In this document: positions 34,800 through 35,277 of the stretch, piece after piece | Layout of the letters: each line of letters starts with the position of its first letter | How positions within the stretch are numbered: position 1 is the stretch's first letter | Assembly: GCF_000143415.4 (NCBI RefSeq) | Contig: NW_003314487.1 | Coordinates: forward strand, 1-35,277 | DNA: 35,277 nucleotides | Origin: Selaginella moellendorffii | Lineage: Eukaryota > Plantae > Lycopodiophyta | Reading direction: 5' to 3' | Translations under genes and position numbers: made by a program | The notes under the pieces: generated by a model | What the model was told of the DNA's origin: nothing | Databases searched by the model: none | Seen by the model: only the letters and a program-made list of their open reading frames with translations

Positions 34800-35110
34800 G
34801 ATGCTAAAGTTGGTTCTGGCCATGCGAGTGGCATCTGTAGTTATGGCAGATTTGACAGTGAGAGTGTGGCATCTGGAAGCAATGGATCTTGCAGTGGTGG
34901 TGACTGCAGCAATAAATTTGGCTGTGGCAGTGGCAGCAATGGATTTGGCAATGGCTGTAGTGGTGGCAATGGATCTAGTAGTGGCCTTGACAAGGGATTC
35001 AACCATGGCAATAGTGATGGATCTGTGGCATGGGAAGGGATTCAGCTATGGCAATGGCAATGGATCTATATGGCAAGGATACTAACAACCATAAACCCTA
35101 AACCCTAAAG
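34800..35110. repeat. Low-complexity (GTGGCA/GCAATGGATCT)n tract ending in plant telomere-type repeats
   Basis: Reiterated gcaatggat and gtggca units; aaaccctaaaccctaaa at 35093-35109. Confidence 0.7.
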
Positions 35111-35277
35111 TTTCATGAATTCCACTTTGACAAACAATAACTTTTAATTAAATTTTTTATAGAATTTCTCTAAACAAAAATCCATAGATCTTTTGGAGCC
35201 TTCTTTTCTCTACCTTTCATTAAATATTCAATAGCTCACCATTCTTGTATTGAAACATGACAACCCAAAGCTTGTAA

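Noticed and set aside
34752-35108. Gly/Ser/Asn-rich protein gene
   Set aside because: Several frames are open because of the hexamer-based repeat; no independent coding evidence.

Overview
Eukaryotic, plant-type genomic DNA with two assembly gaps (2788-3067, 28776-29602). Very short GT-AG introns, Ty3/gypsy elements with tRNA-iMet primer sites, CCCTAAA repeats and a ciliary gene suggest a plant with flagellated sperm. A lycophyte such as Selaginella is a plausible but unverified guess. There are three zones. (1) ~1-7.2 kb: one long spliced + strand gene (~1256-6829, ~1630 codons, two in-frame stops) that I reconstruct as ParB/Srx-like domain + degenerate beta-type DNA amino-methyltransferase-like domain + acidic/disordered linker + FCP1/NIF HAD phosphatase-like domain. 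It is studded with ~15 copies of a 24-bp palindrome, AATGGCRTG-N6-CAYGCCATT, found upstream, in introns (where it supplies the apparent branch point), in coding sequence and downstream. This ParB-like gene plus parS-like site array is the most unusual thing in the window. (2) ~7.3-28.5 kb: a nest of decayed Ty3/gypsy LTR retrotransposons, including a near-complete chromovirus, a shared-LTR tandem, an LTR minisatellite and an inverted pair of non-coding derivatives. (3) ~29.6-35.3 kb: a coiled-coil exon fragment duplicated 10.9 kb away, a multi-exon CFAP99-like gene on the - strand, a probable Helitron 3' end and low-complexity repeats. All domain calls come from motif recognition by eye, not database searches.
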